64,000 nt of DNA, taken from Escherichia coli. Its GTDB lineage: Bacteria > Pseudomonadota > Gammaproteobacteria > Enterobacterales > Enterobacteriaceae. The notes beneath the pieces are model-generated. The model saw only the letters and a program-made list of their open reading frames with translations, was not told the origin of the DNA and searched no databases. A program made the position numbers and the translations under genes. Positions 26,424 through 35,755 of the stretch are shown one piece after another. Each line of letters starts with the position of its first letter. Position 1 is the first letter of the stretch. The DNA lies in the NCBI RefSeq assembly GCF_030013205.1, contig NZ_CP122648.1. One strand, 5' to 3'.

Positions 26424-27674
26424 GTGCTTACCGATACAAAATTAAAAAACCTCAAGCCGCAGGACAAACTGTACAAGGTCTCCGATCGTGACGGGCTGTA
26501 TGTAGCTGTGCTTACGTCAGGCACGGTCTCATTTCGTTATGACTACCGTATCAACGGTCGCCGCGAAACACTGGTAATCGGGCAGTATGGGCGTGACGGT
26601 ATCAGCCTGGCAGAAGCGCGGGAAGAACTGATTGCTGCAAAGAAGCTGCTTAAAGCAGGCCAGTCACCGGCTGCGGCTAAACGTGACGGTATCAAAAAGA
26701 TTCGTGGTGCCGAAACGTTTGCGGTACATACCGACAGTTATATGAAACACGTCATCCTGGCTGAAAGTACCCGCGCAATGAAGCAGGCAGTGATCGACCG
26801 TGACATACTTCCGGTTCTTGGCAACAAAATGATGGCTGAAATTACCACATCGATGGTTCGTGATTTGTGTGACCGGATTGTCGAACGCGGTGGCCGGGCA
26901 ACAGCAGTGCAGGCCAGGGAGATCATCAGCAGCGTATACCGTCACGCCAATGACCGTGGTCATGGTTTGTTTAATCCTGCGGCTGACATTAAGCCTTCGT
27001 CTATCGCCATATTTAAACCACGAGAGCGAACACTGACACCAGAAGAAATTGGCCTGTTCTTCCGCACGTTGGATGCCATTGGTGCTATGGGCACTATGAA
27101 AATGGCTTTAAAACTGGTGCTTATCACTATGGTTCGTAAGGGCGAATTCACCAATGCAACGTGGGATGAAATAGATTTTAAAAAATGGACATGGACAATT
27201 CCTTCAGACCGCATGAAGGGAAGCCGGGCGCATGTTATTTACCTGCCTAAACAGGCTCAGGATATATTGGTCGGGTTGCAGATGTGCGCTGGTGGAAGTG
27301 AATATCTGGTTCCTGGTCGTTACAATTTCCGGAAGCCATTATCTAATGCCGCGCTGAACTCTCTGATCGACAGAACGGTGAAAATAATAAATGAAGATGG
27401 TGAGCATATTCAGGATTTCACCGTACACGATATGCGCCGTACAGCCAGTACGTTGTTGCATGAGGCTGGTTATCCTTCAGACTGGATTGAAAAGGCTCTG
27501 GCACATGAGCAGAAAGGTGTGCGCGCCGTATATAACAAAGCGGAATACGCCAGACAGCGCGCCTACATGTTGCAGCAGTGGGCCGATATGATTGATTCCT
27601 GGATTAACGGGGAGCATACGGATCTGATTCCGTTCTCCCCGTCGAAGTTTGAGAAGTGGATGGCGGGGGAATAA
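26424..27674 (+). CDS. int: tyrosine-type site-specific integrase (P4-like, N-terminal DUF4102-type arm-binding domain)
   Basis: 416-aa ORF (GTG start) with LTDTKLKNLKP...YKVSDRDGLYVAV N-terminus and C-terminal catalytic region (HDMRRTASTLL...AYNK); sits next to attL. Confidence 0.9.
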   Translation: MLTDTKLKNLKPQDKLYKVSDRDGLYVAVLTSGTVSFRYDYRINGRRETLVIGQYGRDGISLAEAREELIAAKKLLKAGQSPAAAKRDGIKKIRGAETFAVHTDSYMKHVILAESTRAMKQAVIDRDILPVLGNKMMAEITTSMVRDLCDRIVERGGRATAVQAREIISSVYRHANDRGHGLFNPAADIKPSSIAIFKPRERTLTPEEIGLFFRTLDAIGAMGTMKMALKLVLITMVRKGEFTNATWDEIDFKKWTWTIPSDRMKGSRAHVIYLPKQAQDILVGLQMCAGGSEYLVPGRYNFRKPLSNAALNSLIDRTVKIINEDGEHIQDFTVHDMRRTASTLLHEAGYPSDWIEKALAHEQKGVRAVYNKAEYARQRAYMLQQWADMIDSWINGEHTDLIPFSPSKFEKWMAGE

Positions 27675-27677
27675 CGT

Positions 27678-27872
27678 TTAATTATTCTGCTGATTTTCTT
27701 CCATCTCGGCTTCTGCTGCCAGTGATTCAATTTTATCTGTGAATATTGCTGACAGTGTTGCAAATTCAGCATCAGTGACAGCGGGAATTGGAACAAACCT
27801 GATCCCGCTGTGTGCAAGCATGTTTGCAGTTTCAAGGCATTTCCTTAAATCTGATGGTGATGCCCTGTTCAT
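27678..27872 (-). CDS. small hypothetical phage protein, start overlaps the methyltransferase stop (ATGA)
   Basis: 64-aa ORF MNRASPSDLRK... read within the 27678..27992 track ORF; no recognisable domain. Confidence 0.3.
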   Translation of the reverse strand: MNRASPSDLRKCLETANMLAHSGIRFVPIPAVTDAEFATLSAIFTDKIESLAAEAEMEENQQNN

Positions 27873-28531
27873 GCTGCACGCTCCCGCCCCTGGTTGTCTG
27901 TTGGTGACAGCGGAGCATTGCTGAATGCATTTGTTAATCTGGCAATATCCAACGCGTATCCAGGGTGTAGTTGCACTGCCGGGTCTTCGCACTGATTACC
28001 CCAAACATCGAAACCATGAGACGACTGGCGGGCGAACAGTTCAATGCGAGAAACATCGCCTAACAATTGCACAAGTTTTTCACGAACGATATCTGGTTTT
28101 CTTGAATGCTCAAGCCGCGGTGCGGTAAATGACTGAACGATCCCTGCATTAATGCGCGTAGGTAGTTTTCCCTTTACTGCAAACAGGCAATCTTCACTAT
28201 TGGCGCGAGTCATGTGACCCATACCCATAACCAGTTTATCTGGTTGTCGACTACCACATTTTATCCACGTGAATCCCTTCATGGTCATCAGACGGAATCC
28301 CCAGGCCTCAACAACTTTTAGTGCTTCGAGTGGTTGTGTTGGCACCCACCACATGGCCAACAGACAGTTTTCATCGGCCAAATCCCACACAGGAAGGCGG
28401 CAGATATCCAGCACACTCATAACCGGATATTTAAAACCGGCACCGCGATTACCATCTGCGGCTTTGTCCCGGTATACCCAGGGTGGATCTGCATAGATTA
28501 GTGTGTATTTCTTAGTCATAAACCACCCCAC
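27869..28531 (-). CDS. MT-A70-family DNA N6-adenine methyltransferase (orphan)
   Basis: DPPW catalytic motif (LIYADPPWVY); no adjacent restriction endonuclease gene. Confidence 0.8.
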   Translation of the reverse strand: MGWFMTKKYTLIYADPPWVYRDKAADGNRGAGFKYPVMSVLDICRLPVWDLADENCLLAMWWVPTQPLEALKVVEAWGFRLMTMKGFTWIKCGSRQPDKLVMGMGHMTRANSEDCLFAVKGKLPTRINAGIVQSFTAPRLEHSRKPDIVREKLVQLLGDVSRIELFARQSSHGFDVWGNQCEDPAVQLHPGYALDIARLTNAFSNAPLSPTDNQGRERAA

Positions 28532-28811
28532 AACATCCTATGCCGCTATAGTCGCCACGGCGAAGGCCGTTACCTTTTGTGATACATTGGTCCCTGCGAA
28601 CCGCGATCCTTGCACGCTCAACATCACCAGAAGCAACATCCATACACTGAAGCCAAAGGTGAGCGGCAATGCGGAACTGCCCTTTTTTCTCTCTTTCAAT
28701 CGCGCGTTTTTCGATCTCTATCGCCGCAGGAGTAACGGCGACAATCTTTGACGGACTGCGCATTGAAACCTTGTTCATGTGATATTTTTCAAGTCGGCTT
28801 AACTTTCTCAC
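28512..28811 (-). CDS. hypothetical phage protein
   Basis: 99-aa ORF upstream of and co-oriented with the methyltransferase; no motif recognised. Confidence 0.35.
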   Translation of the reverse strand: MRKLSRLEKYHMNKVSMRSPSKIVAVTPAAIEIEKRAIEREKKGQFRIAAHLWLQCMDVASGDVERARIAVRRDQCITKGNGLRRGDYSGIGCCGVVYD

Positions 28812-28920
28812 TTAATCCAACCCTCTCTGAAAATTAATGCCAGCAGATAAAGCCATGCTGAAACAGAGGCCAGGAATAAGTACCATCCTGACCATTTGCT
28901 CCAGTGCCTTAGCAGCACAC

Positions 28921-29169
28921 TCATGCCGCGTTGCTCACGGGACGATATACACGTTGCTGAACAGGAGGTTTTTTACCCTGGAACTCTGCCGGGCTTGCTG
29001 CCTGACGTTCATCAAGCCAACGCTCAACTTCATCACGGTTCCATGCGCAGCGTTTATCGGTGATATACCAGCGTTTAGGAAATTCCCCTGCGCGCTCCAT
29101 ACGGTCGATAGTGCTCCATGACAGTGGAACCACCGCCAGGAGTTCCTTCTTACCTAATGCACCTTTCAT
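28921..29169 (-). CDS. AlpA/excisionase-like HTH protein
   Basis: 82-aa ORF with HTH-like segment (LSWSTIDRMERAGEFPKRWYI) typical of AlpA/Xis family; located between int and recombination genes. Confidence 0.6.
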   Translation of the reverse strand: MKGALGKKELLAVVPLSWSTIDRMERAGEFPKRWYITDKRCAWNRDEVERWLDERQAASPAEFQGKKPPVQQRVYRPVSNAA

Positions 29170-29218
29170 AAATACCTCTCTTGGTTGCAGTGCGGCGCGC
29201 GTGGCGCCGCGGTGGTGG

Positions 29219-30160
29219 TTACATAGATGTTTCGTTTAATTCTTCCCGACGAACGCTGTAAACGTCGGTGGCTTTTGCCAGCAGTTCGTCATCATCTGAA
29301 AGTTTTTGTGCAATGTATTTGTAAGCCTTATCCAGTTCGGAGACAGTGCTGTAATTCATCGCTGCGCTGGTAAAGGCCATCAGCATTTCTTCTGGATCAC
29401 GGCTGTCCGATTTACGCGTTTGCTCATCAGGCTTTTTCGCTGGTTTAGCGTTGATCAGACTGTTCATTCCCGCAGCAGTGGTCGTTTGCGGAGTAATGTC
29501 TCGCTCAACGCGCGGTGCCGTTTCCTGTAATTCGTCTGGGGTGTAGACGCCCATGATTACGTCAGGACAGTGCAGGCGAGACCAGCGTTTTGTCGCAAGG
29601 TATGCGAGTTGTTGTTTCGGATCACTGGCCCAAAGTGTGGAGTTTCTTACCTGTGCTTGAGACAGCATTAACTCAAGCACTCGAGGTTGATCCTCGCCCT
29701 TCATGGTTGCCCATACGCGAACACCGCAGCCTTCTTCGTCTTTTAGAGTCCAGCCTGGTGCGATATATGGATTGCCGTTTTTGGATGTTTTCTCAACAAA
29801 CTTACCGATCACGCGTTCCCACGGCCCGAACCACTCGTAGTTGATGCGATCTTTTGTTGGCGACATCGTTGAGATAACTGCGTTTACTAATTGGGCTTCA
29901 TAACCTAGCGTGCCGTTCACAACATGGGTTTTCTGAGCCACGGCAAACGGGTTCATTCCCCACTGCGCAGCCTGCATTGCCACGGCCATGCAATCAGCTG
30001 GTTTCCCGGCGAGGTGCGCCGGTACCGTTACGCGGCTTTGCGCCATTACCTCGGCGAATTTCATCAGTTGGTTCAAGCCGTCTGGGCTGAAAATAGTTGC
30101 AGCAGTTCCAGCGATTGCTGTGTCTACTGGTGCGTTGATGTTTGCGATGTCGTTGCTCAT
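29219..30160 (-). CDS. phage single-strand annealing recombinase (RecT/Bet-like)
   Basis: Partner position immediately downstream of an exonuclease gene; start set at MSNDIAN so it abuts the exonuclease stop. Family assignment from general similarity, not a motif. Confidence 0.55.
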   Translation of the reverse strand: MSNDIANINAPVDTAIAGTAATIFSPDGLNQLMKFAEVMAQSRVTVPAHLAGKPADCMAVAMQAAQWGMNPFAVAQKTHVVNGTLGYEAQLVNAVISTMSPTKDRINYEWFGPWERVIGKFVEKTSKNGNPYIAPGWTLKDEEGCGVRVWATMKGEDQPRVLELMLSQAQVRNSTLWASDPKQQLAYLATKRWSRLHCPDVIMGVYTPDELQETAPRVERDITPQTTTAAGMNSLINAKPAKKPDEQTRKSDSRDPEEMLMAFTSAAMNYSTVSELDKAYKYIAQKLSDDDELLAKATDVYSVRREELNETSM

Positions 30161-30978
30161 ATGTACATATCCTGTTTGCGTGCCCACTCAGGGCGTTTAA
30201 TGATTTCCACACCGCCCCATTCATCATTGATGCGGCATTCGTGATAGGTATTCAGATCCCGGCGGAACAGAGCGTGCCCGGCATCGACATCCTGCGCATC
30301 CAGCTCGAACACGCGTACCGGATACCGACCACAATCAATGCTTTCGCTCACGGCAAGAAAGAAAAAACCATGCGGCTGACCAGTAACCCTCATTGCGCCT
30401 TCGCGGTACATTGCGTCCTGCACGTGGTAGCGGAATTCCTCGATGTGGCGTGCAAAACGGTCCATATCTGCAACCTTTTTCACGTCGACGATCACGTTGT
30501 GCTCGTTCAGCCATTTGTCTGGACGAATTCGGCACAACTCCCCCGTCTCTTCATCGTTCCAGTACATTGATGCTTCGCAGTAACCAGGTGCTTCCAGCAT
30601 CCAGCGTGCCGCCGGGTGAGCCATTGCGCTATCACGCATCAGCTCCAGTTTCCGCCACTGCTCGGCATCAAGTACCGTAATCCCCATATCCGCCACATCA
30701 CGAAGAAATTCCTCTTCGTCAGCTTTACCTTGTTTCGTCCGACGATCGAATTTCGGTGAAACAATGAAGCGTTTGTCGAACTCTCCAGGCTCCAGAAGCA
30801 GACAGTGCAATGCGGTTCCCATATCCAGTGCAGACTTTTTCTCTTCGTCTTCTGGTGCTGCCTGAACCCATTTAAGAAGCGCCGGATTCTTGGCAACCAT
30901 GTCCAGTTGCGACTTACTCACGCCGTCACCGGCGTGGTAGTCTTCGTTGCTGATGTCGAAATAAATTCCCGGTTTCAT
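30157..30978 (-). CDS. PD-(D/E)XK-type phage exonuclease (YqaJ/RecE-like)
   Basis: 273-aa ORF with acidic/lysine residues in an IVDVKK context consistent with PD-(D/E)XK nucleases; upstream partner of the annealing protein. Confidence 0.65.
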   Translation of the reverse strand: MKPGIYFDISNEDYHAGDGVSKSQLDMVAKNPALLKWVQAAPEDEEKKSALDMGTALHCLLLEPGEFDKRFIVSPKFDRRTKQGKADEEEFLRDVADMGITVLDAEQWRKLELMRDSAMAHPAARWMLEAPGYCEASMYWNDEETGELCRIRPDKWLNEHNVIVDVKKVADMDRFARHIEEFRYHVQDAMYREGAMRVTGQPHGFFFLAVSESIDCGRYPVRVFELDAQDVDAGHALFRRDLNTYHECRINDEWGGVEIIKRPEWARKQDMYI

Positions 30979-31289
30979 GCCGCGTCCCTCTGCCCATCAA
31001 GCTGATCAGCCAGATCCCAGCGGGCGATAATTGCCATTGCCTCGCGCCGGTAGGCATCCATTAGTTCTTCGAACTCAGGGCTGTCTTTAGCGGCCTCCAG
31101 TACTTCCTGGCGAACGCCTTTAACTGTTACAACGTCGAAAGTTGATGCCAGTTGATGAAGCCGGATACTCTCAATCAGTTCAACTTGTCGGTCATATAGC
31201 TGTTCTGACAGACGGTAGTCCTTGTCGAATGCCAGCATGATTTTTTGAAGATTTTTCTGCTGATTAACGTTCATTATCAGCCCTCCCAT
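30975..31289 (-). CDS. hypothetical early phage protein
   Basis: 104-aa ORF in the leftward early operon. Confidence 0.4.
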   Translation of the reverse strand: MGGLIMNVNQQKNLQKIMLAFDKDYRLSEQLYDRQVELIESIRLHQLASTFDVVTVKGVRQEVLEAAKDSPEFEELMDAYRREAMAIIARWDLADQLDGQRDAA

Positions 31290-31582
31290 ATCTCGTTATC
31301 GTTGGCCACATCGCGAGCTTCTTTGCTGACGAAAGCCCACTTAATGCCTTCCTGTAAGGTGCGGAACTTCCAGCTCATGAATCCGCATGCAGTAACGCAG
31401 TACCAACCGTTGATGATTTTCCACTGCATAACTTGTTACCTCGGTCTGTTACCGTTGAGGTAATAATTATGCGTATATGGTTTGATGTCAATAGATATGA
31501 GTTAAAAAAATTACCCGTTAGGTAATCGAATAGGCAATAAAAAAGCCGCCATAAGGCGGCTTACTTACTGAAAAATATGGTT

Positions 31583-32167
31583 TTATTGTTTGTTTTTTTC
31601 GTTCTGGTTGATGACAAATTCAATGTAACTTTCGATCTTTGCTTTCTCGGTTTCGGGTAACAATGCGTAGCGCGAGCGATCATAGTTGATGGTCGCAGGG
31701 TCGTGCGGGTGAATCAGTAATTCATAGCCGTGACGCCCGAATGCGGATGCAACATTCTCCAGGGTGGAAATGGAAACGCTGACCTCATTGTTTAACAGGC
31801 GGCTGATTGTCACCTGGGCTACGCCGGATGCGCGGTGAAGTTTTCCCTGTGTTGAAAGGTCGCGGCTTTCGCTCATCCAGCGTTCCAGGTTGTGAGCCGC
31901 CAGCTGGCCAATGTCGCTTGGGCCGACAGGCTGAAAACCTTCCTGAGAAAGCGAGCGATCGATATCAAGCCAGTTACGGGGTTTATTGGCGGCAGCTTCA
32001 ATTTTTCGTGCAACCTGGTCGCCGATAACCTTCTTGCCAAGAGCCCAGCGGTTTACCAGATTTGCCTGAGTTCCAAGTTTTTCAGCCATCCGCGTCTGAA
32101 CACCATTGAATTCACGGTCGATCAAGTCGTTGAGATTTTGCCTGCGGACGTCCTGGATACTTTTCAT
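31583..32167 (-). CDS. prophage repressor with two HTH domains and no peptidase domain
   Basis: N-terminal XRE-like HTH (TRMAEKLGTQANLVNRWALGKK) and second HTH-like segment (GVAQVTISRLLNNE); divergent from a cro-like gene with operator-like palindromes between them. Confidence 0.65.
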   Translation of the reverse strand: MKSIQDVRRQNLNDLIDREFNGVQTRMAEKLGTQANLVNRWALGKKVIGDQVARKIEAAANKPRNWLDIDRSLSQEGFQPVGPSDIGQLAAHNLERWMSESRDLSTQGKLHRASGVAQVTISRLLNNEVSVSISTLENVASAFGRHGYELLIHPHDPATINYDRSRYALLPETEKAKIESYIEFVINQNEKNKQ

Positions 32168-32221
32168 TTTCTGGAAAATCGCCTCATATATGAATCAGTA
32201 GATGATTCAATTTAAAGCAAT

Positions 32222-32286
32222 ATTACCCAACAGGTAAATGCACCTCATAGGTAACTATCCTTGATTTTTGTTACCTTATGGGTGAA
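32222..32286. promoter_or_regulatory. immunity-region operator cluster (three ATTACC-N5-GGTAAT-like sites)
   Basis: Sites at 32222-32238, ~32240-32255 and 32270-32286 in the repressor/cro intergenic region; OR1-3-like layout. Confidence 0.5.
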
Positions 32287-32321
32287 TATTTATTATCTGA
32301 AATAAATATCAGGCAATAGCT

Positions 32322-32552
32322 ATGAGCGATAACGGACATTTCGATTTCAAAAAGCACTGGCTTGCACTTACTCCGGATGAGCGTGAAGCCTTCGCACAGG
32401 AAGCCGGAACGACGAGTCACTATATCCAGACTCACTTAACAGGTAAGCGCAAAATGCCAGGTAAAGTATTGATGAATGGGCTTTTTAAAGCCTGTAAAAC
32501 AAGACAATGGCTGCGCTCAAAAGCAGAACTGGCATACTTCTTCTACTCATGA
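32322..32552 (+). CDS. Cro-like small DNA-binding protein
   Basis: 76-aa ORF divergent from the repressor; first gene of the rightward early operon. Confidence 0.5.
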   Translation: MSDNGHFDFKKHWLALTPDEREAFAQEAGTTSHYIQTHLTGKRKMPGKVLMNGLFKACKTRQWLRSKAELAYFFYS

Positions 32553-32702
32553 TATCCAGCTACAACCCTCTGTAGACCGCCACCCGGCGGTCTTTTCATA
32601 TCTATTCGTACCTCAAAGGTAATAAATAACCAAATCTGGTTGATCTTTTTTTTGTGTCAGCACAAAATGACCGTAATCCCAATACTAATAACAGGGCTTA
32701 CC

Positions 32703-32903
32703 ATGGAAATCATTACACGTATTGATGCCGCAAAGCGCGGACTTAAACGCTACTACACCGGAAAACCATGCAAGCACGGACATGACAGTGAACGCTGGGT
32801 TTACAACGGACACTGTGTTGAGTGCACCATGGAATCAAACCGTCGTATCAGGGCAGAGATTAAGCAGATCATGATTAATTCCTCCCCACAACATTCAAGC
32901 TGA
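32703..32903 (+). CDS. small Cys/His-rich phage protein
   Basis: 66-aa ORF (MEIITRIDAAKRG...) with CKHGH...CVEC; preceded by an operator-like site at 32608-32623. Confidence 0.4.
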   Translation: MEIITRIDAAKRGLKRYYTGKPCKHGHDSERWVYNGHCVECTMESNRRIRAEIKQIMINSSPQHSS

Positions 32904-32918
32904 TAGCGGAGATTAATC

Positions 32919-33752
32919 ATGAGCAGACATGCAACAGATTGGGCCTGGGAGACAGATCCAGGTAGCTCGTCATTAAAGCTCATACTGCTCTCGATGGCTG
33001 ACAGAGCCGATGAATATAACCTCTGCTACCCCAGCATAGAACGCCTCGTTAAAGACACTTGCCTGAATAAAAAAACCGTGCAGGCCGGGCTTATATCGCT
33101 CATGAAAATGGGGCTTATTTCAGATACCGGAGAGAGAAAGGGAGCGACGAAAAGAGTGCGGGTTTTCTCTCTTAATATAACCAAAAACGGGAACATTAAA
33201 GGCAACCGGGAAGGGGGTAATGGACCCGAAAACGGTAATGTTACCGAAAACGGTAATGTTACCGAAAACGGGAATATACCCAAAAACGGGATGTTGAATG
33301 ATCCCAAAAACGGGATGTTGAATGATCCCAAAAACGGGATCCAGAACCAGTCATATAACCAGTCATTTAACCAAGAGAGGGAGAGCAGGACAAAAAGCGG
33401 GGATTCTGTGCCTCATGACCCCGGCGCAAACAACGCCGTGATGAATAACTTTGTTCCTCCTGGTGGGCCAGGGCAATTAGGCAAATTTGTCATGCATGAA
33501 CAATGGCAGCCATCAGATGACTTTCTTCGGAAAAGCTCATTGCAGGGGATCTACCTGGACAGTCTGCCAACGGCACAGGAACTTGCAGAGTTCAGAATTT
33601 ACTGGATGGCTGAGGGTAAGGCATACCATCAGGCACAGTGGGAGCAGAAGCTGGCAAGGCGGCTGCAGATTAGCAGACAGAAGCAATCAACATTACCTGA
33701 TAACAACGTTCCGCACTGGAACAGCCCTGAAGCATGGGAGGATTTCTTGTGA
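32919..33752 (+). CDS. replication initiator (lambda O-like) with in-gene iterons
   Basis: N-terminal winged-helix-like region (LKLILLSMADRADEYNLCYPSIERL), internal DNA iterons, immediately upstream of a P-like gene. Confidence 0.6.
   Translation: MSRHATDWAWETDPGSSSLKLILLSMADRADEYNLCYPSIERLVKDTCLNKKTVQAGLISLMKMGLISDTGERKGATKRVRVFSLNITKNGNIKGNREGGNGPENGNVTENGNVTENGNIPKNGMLNDPKNGMLNDPKNGIQNQSYNQSFNQERESRTKSGDSVPHDPGANNAVMNNFVPPGGPGQLGKFVMHEQWQPSDDFLRKSSLQGIYLDSLPTAQELAEFRIYWMAEGKAYHQAQWEQKLARRLQISRQKQSTLPDNNVPHWNSPEAWEDFL
33226..33345. repeat. iteron array (3 x 18 bp + 3 x 24 bp) inside the O-like gene; candidate ori
   Basis: gaaaacggtaatgttacc repeats followed by cccaaaaacgggatgttgaatgat repeats; encodes GNVTEN/GMLNDPKN peptide repeats. 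Confidence 0.6.
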
Positions 33753-34534
33753 ACAACGTTTTTACCGCGATACAAAACCGTGACGGAGAAGCCCTTTCTC
33801 GCATGTCAGGTTATGAGCATCAGTACGTCAACAATGACAATGTGGTGAACATGTCAGCAGAGAGGCTTGTTGATGCCCTTTTTAAACAGCTGAAACAACT
33901 GTTTCCGGCGGCAGTGGTAACCAACCTGAAGACGCCAGAGCAGGAAGTTGCTGCAAAACAGCAGTGGATTGCTGCGTTTGCCGAAGGGGGGATCCGAACC
34001 CGTGAACAGGTTTCTGCTGGTATGCGCCACGCCCGCGCCAGTGAGTCTCCGTTCTGGCCGTCGCCAGGGCAATTCATCAAGTGGTGTAAAGACAGCAAGA
34101 TGGTTCTTGGCGTCACCATTGACGATGTGATGGCGGAGTTTCACCGGTACAGCAAGGAAAAAAGTTTATATCCTGGTGGTCCCGAAAGATTCCCGTGGCG
34201 ACATCCGGTTATGTACTGGGTCGTATGTGATACCCGCCGTGCAATGTATCAGCGCCAGCTTAGCGAGATTGAGGTTGAGAAACACGCGCGCAGGCTGCTC
34301 GATGATTGGGCGAAAAAGGTGGCTTCCGGACAGCAGATACCCGATCCGGTGATCAGCATACAGGCAAAGCCAGAGCCCATGAGTACGCCTCCGGACACAG
34401 GGAGAGACGTTTACCATCCACCAGGGCGAAGTTTCGGGTGTATGCCTAACGCCGCCACCCTGGGGGGAATAACACCGGCGCAGTGGCTGATAGAGGAATA
34501 CAGGCGGGGAAAGGCGGCAGGATTTATCAAGTAA
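33734..34534 (+). CDS. replication protein P-like (helicase loader)
   Basis: Segment REQVSAGMRHARASESPFWPSPGQFIKWCKD closely parallels the recalled lambda P segment MEQVNAGMRVARRQNRPFLPSPGQFVAWCRE. Confidence 0.75.
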   Translation: MGGFLVNNVFTAIQNRDGEALSRMSGYEHQYVNNDNVVNMSAERLVDALFKQLKQLFPAAVVTNLKTPEQEVAAKQQWIAAFAEGGIRTREQVSAGMRHARASESPFWPSPGQFIKWCKDSKMVLGVTIDDVMAEFHRYSKEKSLYPGGPERFPWRHPVMYWVVCDTRRAMYQRQLSEIEVEKHARRLLDDWAKKVASGQQIPDPVISIQAKPEPMSTPPDTGRDVYHPPGRSFGCMPNAATLGGITPAQWLIEEYRRGKAAGFIK

Positions 34535-34651
34535 TACCAGCGCGATAGCGCATTTTTTTACGTCTCAATAATTACCCATCGGGTAACAAAACATTCTAAA
34601 CTCTATTGATTTCGTGTCTTATGTGGTTTTTAATTACCTTAGAGGTAAATC

Positions 34652-34996
34652 ATGAGAAAACAGATACAGGCTCTTGGTCGACTCAAAACAGGCCAGATGA
34701 ACAAAACAGAATCTGCGTATTGCCAGCACCTTGAGCAGCGTAAACGTGCAGGGGAAATCGCCTGGTATCGATTCGAGGGTATCAAGCTGCGGTTAGCTGA
34801 CAACACGTTCTATACGCCCGATTTTGCTGTGATGCTCGCCACCGGCGAGATGGAACTGCACGAAGTGAAAGGTTTCTGGACCGACGACGCCAGGGTGAAA
34901 ACCAAAGTCGCCGCAGATCAGTATCCGTTCCGAATCATCGGGGTAACGGTTAAGCCAAAGAAAGCAGGTGGTGGCTGGAACATCGAAGAGTTCTGA
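34652..34996 (+). CDS. hypothetical phage protein (DUF1064-like)
   Basis: 114-aa ORF preceded by two operator-like sites (34571-34587, 34633-34649). Confidence 0.4.
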   Translation: MRKQIQALGRLKTGQMNKTESAYCQHLEQRKRAGEIAWYRFEGIKLRLADNTFYTPDFAVMLATGEMELHEVKGFWTDDARVKTKVAADQYPFRIIGVTVKPKKAGGGWNIEEF

Positions 34997-35057
34997 ATCG
35001 ACGATCTTTTTAGTTATCAATGTAATCAATAAGTTATGTGGATAAGCGAGGGTAAAG

Positions 35058-35447
35058 ATGGAAAGTAATATCAAAGGGTTAGTTGCCGCCGGGCATGAGA
35101 TGGCTTCGGAACTGAAAGCAGAATGTGGTGCCGTTGATATGCGTAGTGTGGCAAAACTGATCAGCGATTTGGCAACGCAACTGGAAGTGCAACTGGTGCG
35201 TGCTAATGCGCTGGCAGCGGAGAATGCAAAGCTGAAGGATTACCTGGCCCCTATAGGGCTGAAGGTTGAAGGGACTCCAACCACCGACGCTGTCCTGGCT
35301 GAAATTGAACGCAAAGCAATCCGCAAGTTCATTAACAGCATTGAACACATCCTGCGTGACAAGTTATCACCGTATGACACCGAAGAGATGCTTGAGGCTA
35401 TGCGTATTTTTCTGGAAGAACAGGGAGGTGAGCAAAAATGGCAATAA
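35058..35447 (+). CDS. hypothetical phage protein (coiled-coil)
   Basis: 129-aa ORF in the nin-like region. Confidence 0.4.
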   Translation: MESNIKGLVAAGHEMASELKAECGAVDMRSVAKLISDLATQLEVQLVRANALAAENAKLKDYLAPIGLKVEGTPTTDAVLAEIERKAIRKFINSIEHILRDKLSPYDTEEMLEAMRIFLEEQGGEQKWQ

Positions 35448-35755
35448 CAAAGCAACGTGTAGAAGAAATCATATCCCGTATTGAAATGTATGGGCATGGC
35501 GCAGGGTATACAGTCGAAGAGGTTTATGACCTTGCTGTACTGGCGCTGAATTTATCAAATATCGCAAAACTCAAGCGATACGAGCTTGATATGGATGGTT
35601 GTGACTCGTTCGGTCAGGATTGTGGCGCTGACATGACTGAAGATTCTGATGGCGATTATGTCCTGTTTGATGACGTGGTTAAGTTGTTTGAGTTTGATAC
35701 AACCACTCAGAAGTTAGAAAGCACAGCAAAGGAGGCAGCCAGTGAGCGAGATTGA
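35438..35755 (+). CDS. hypothetical phage protein
   Basis: 105-aa ORF overlapping its neighbours' ends. Confidence 0.4.
   Translation: MAITKQRVEEIISRIEMYGHGAGYTVEEVYDLAVLALNLSNIAKLKRYELDMDGCDSFGQDCGADMTEDSDGDYVLFDDVVKLFEFDTTTQKLESTAKEAASERD

Noticed and set aside
33226-33345. Possible CRISPR-like short tandem repeats
   Set aside because: Repeats are in-frame inside a replication gene, contiguous without unique spacers, and there are no cas genes; interpreted as iterons.
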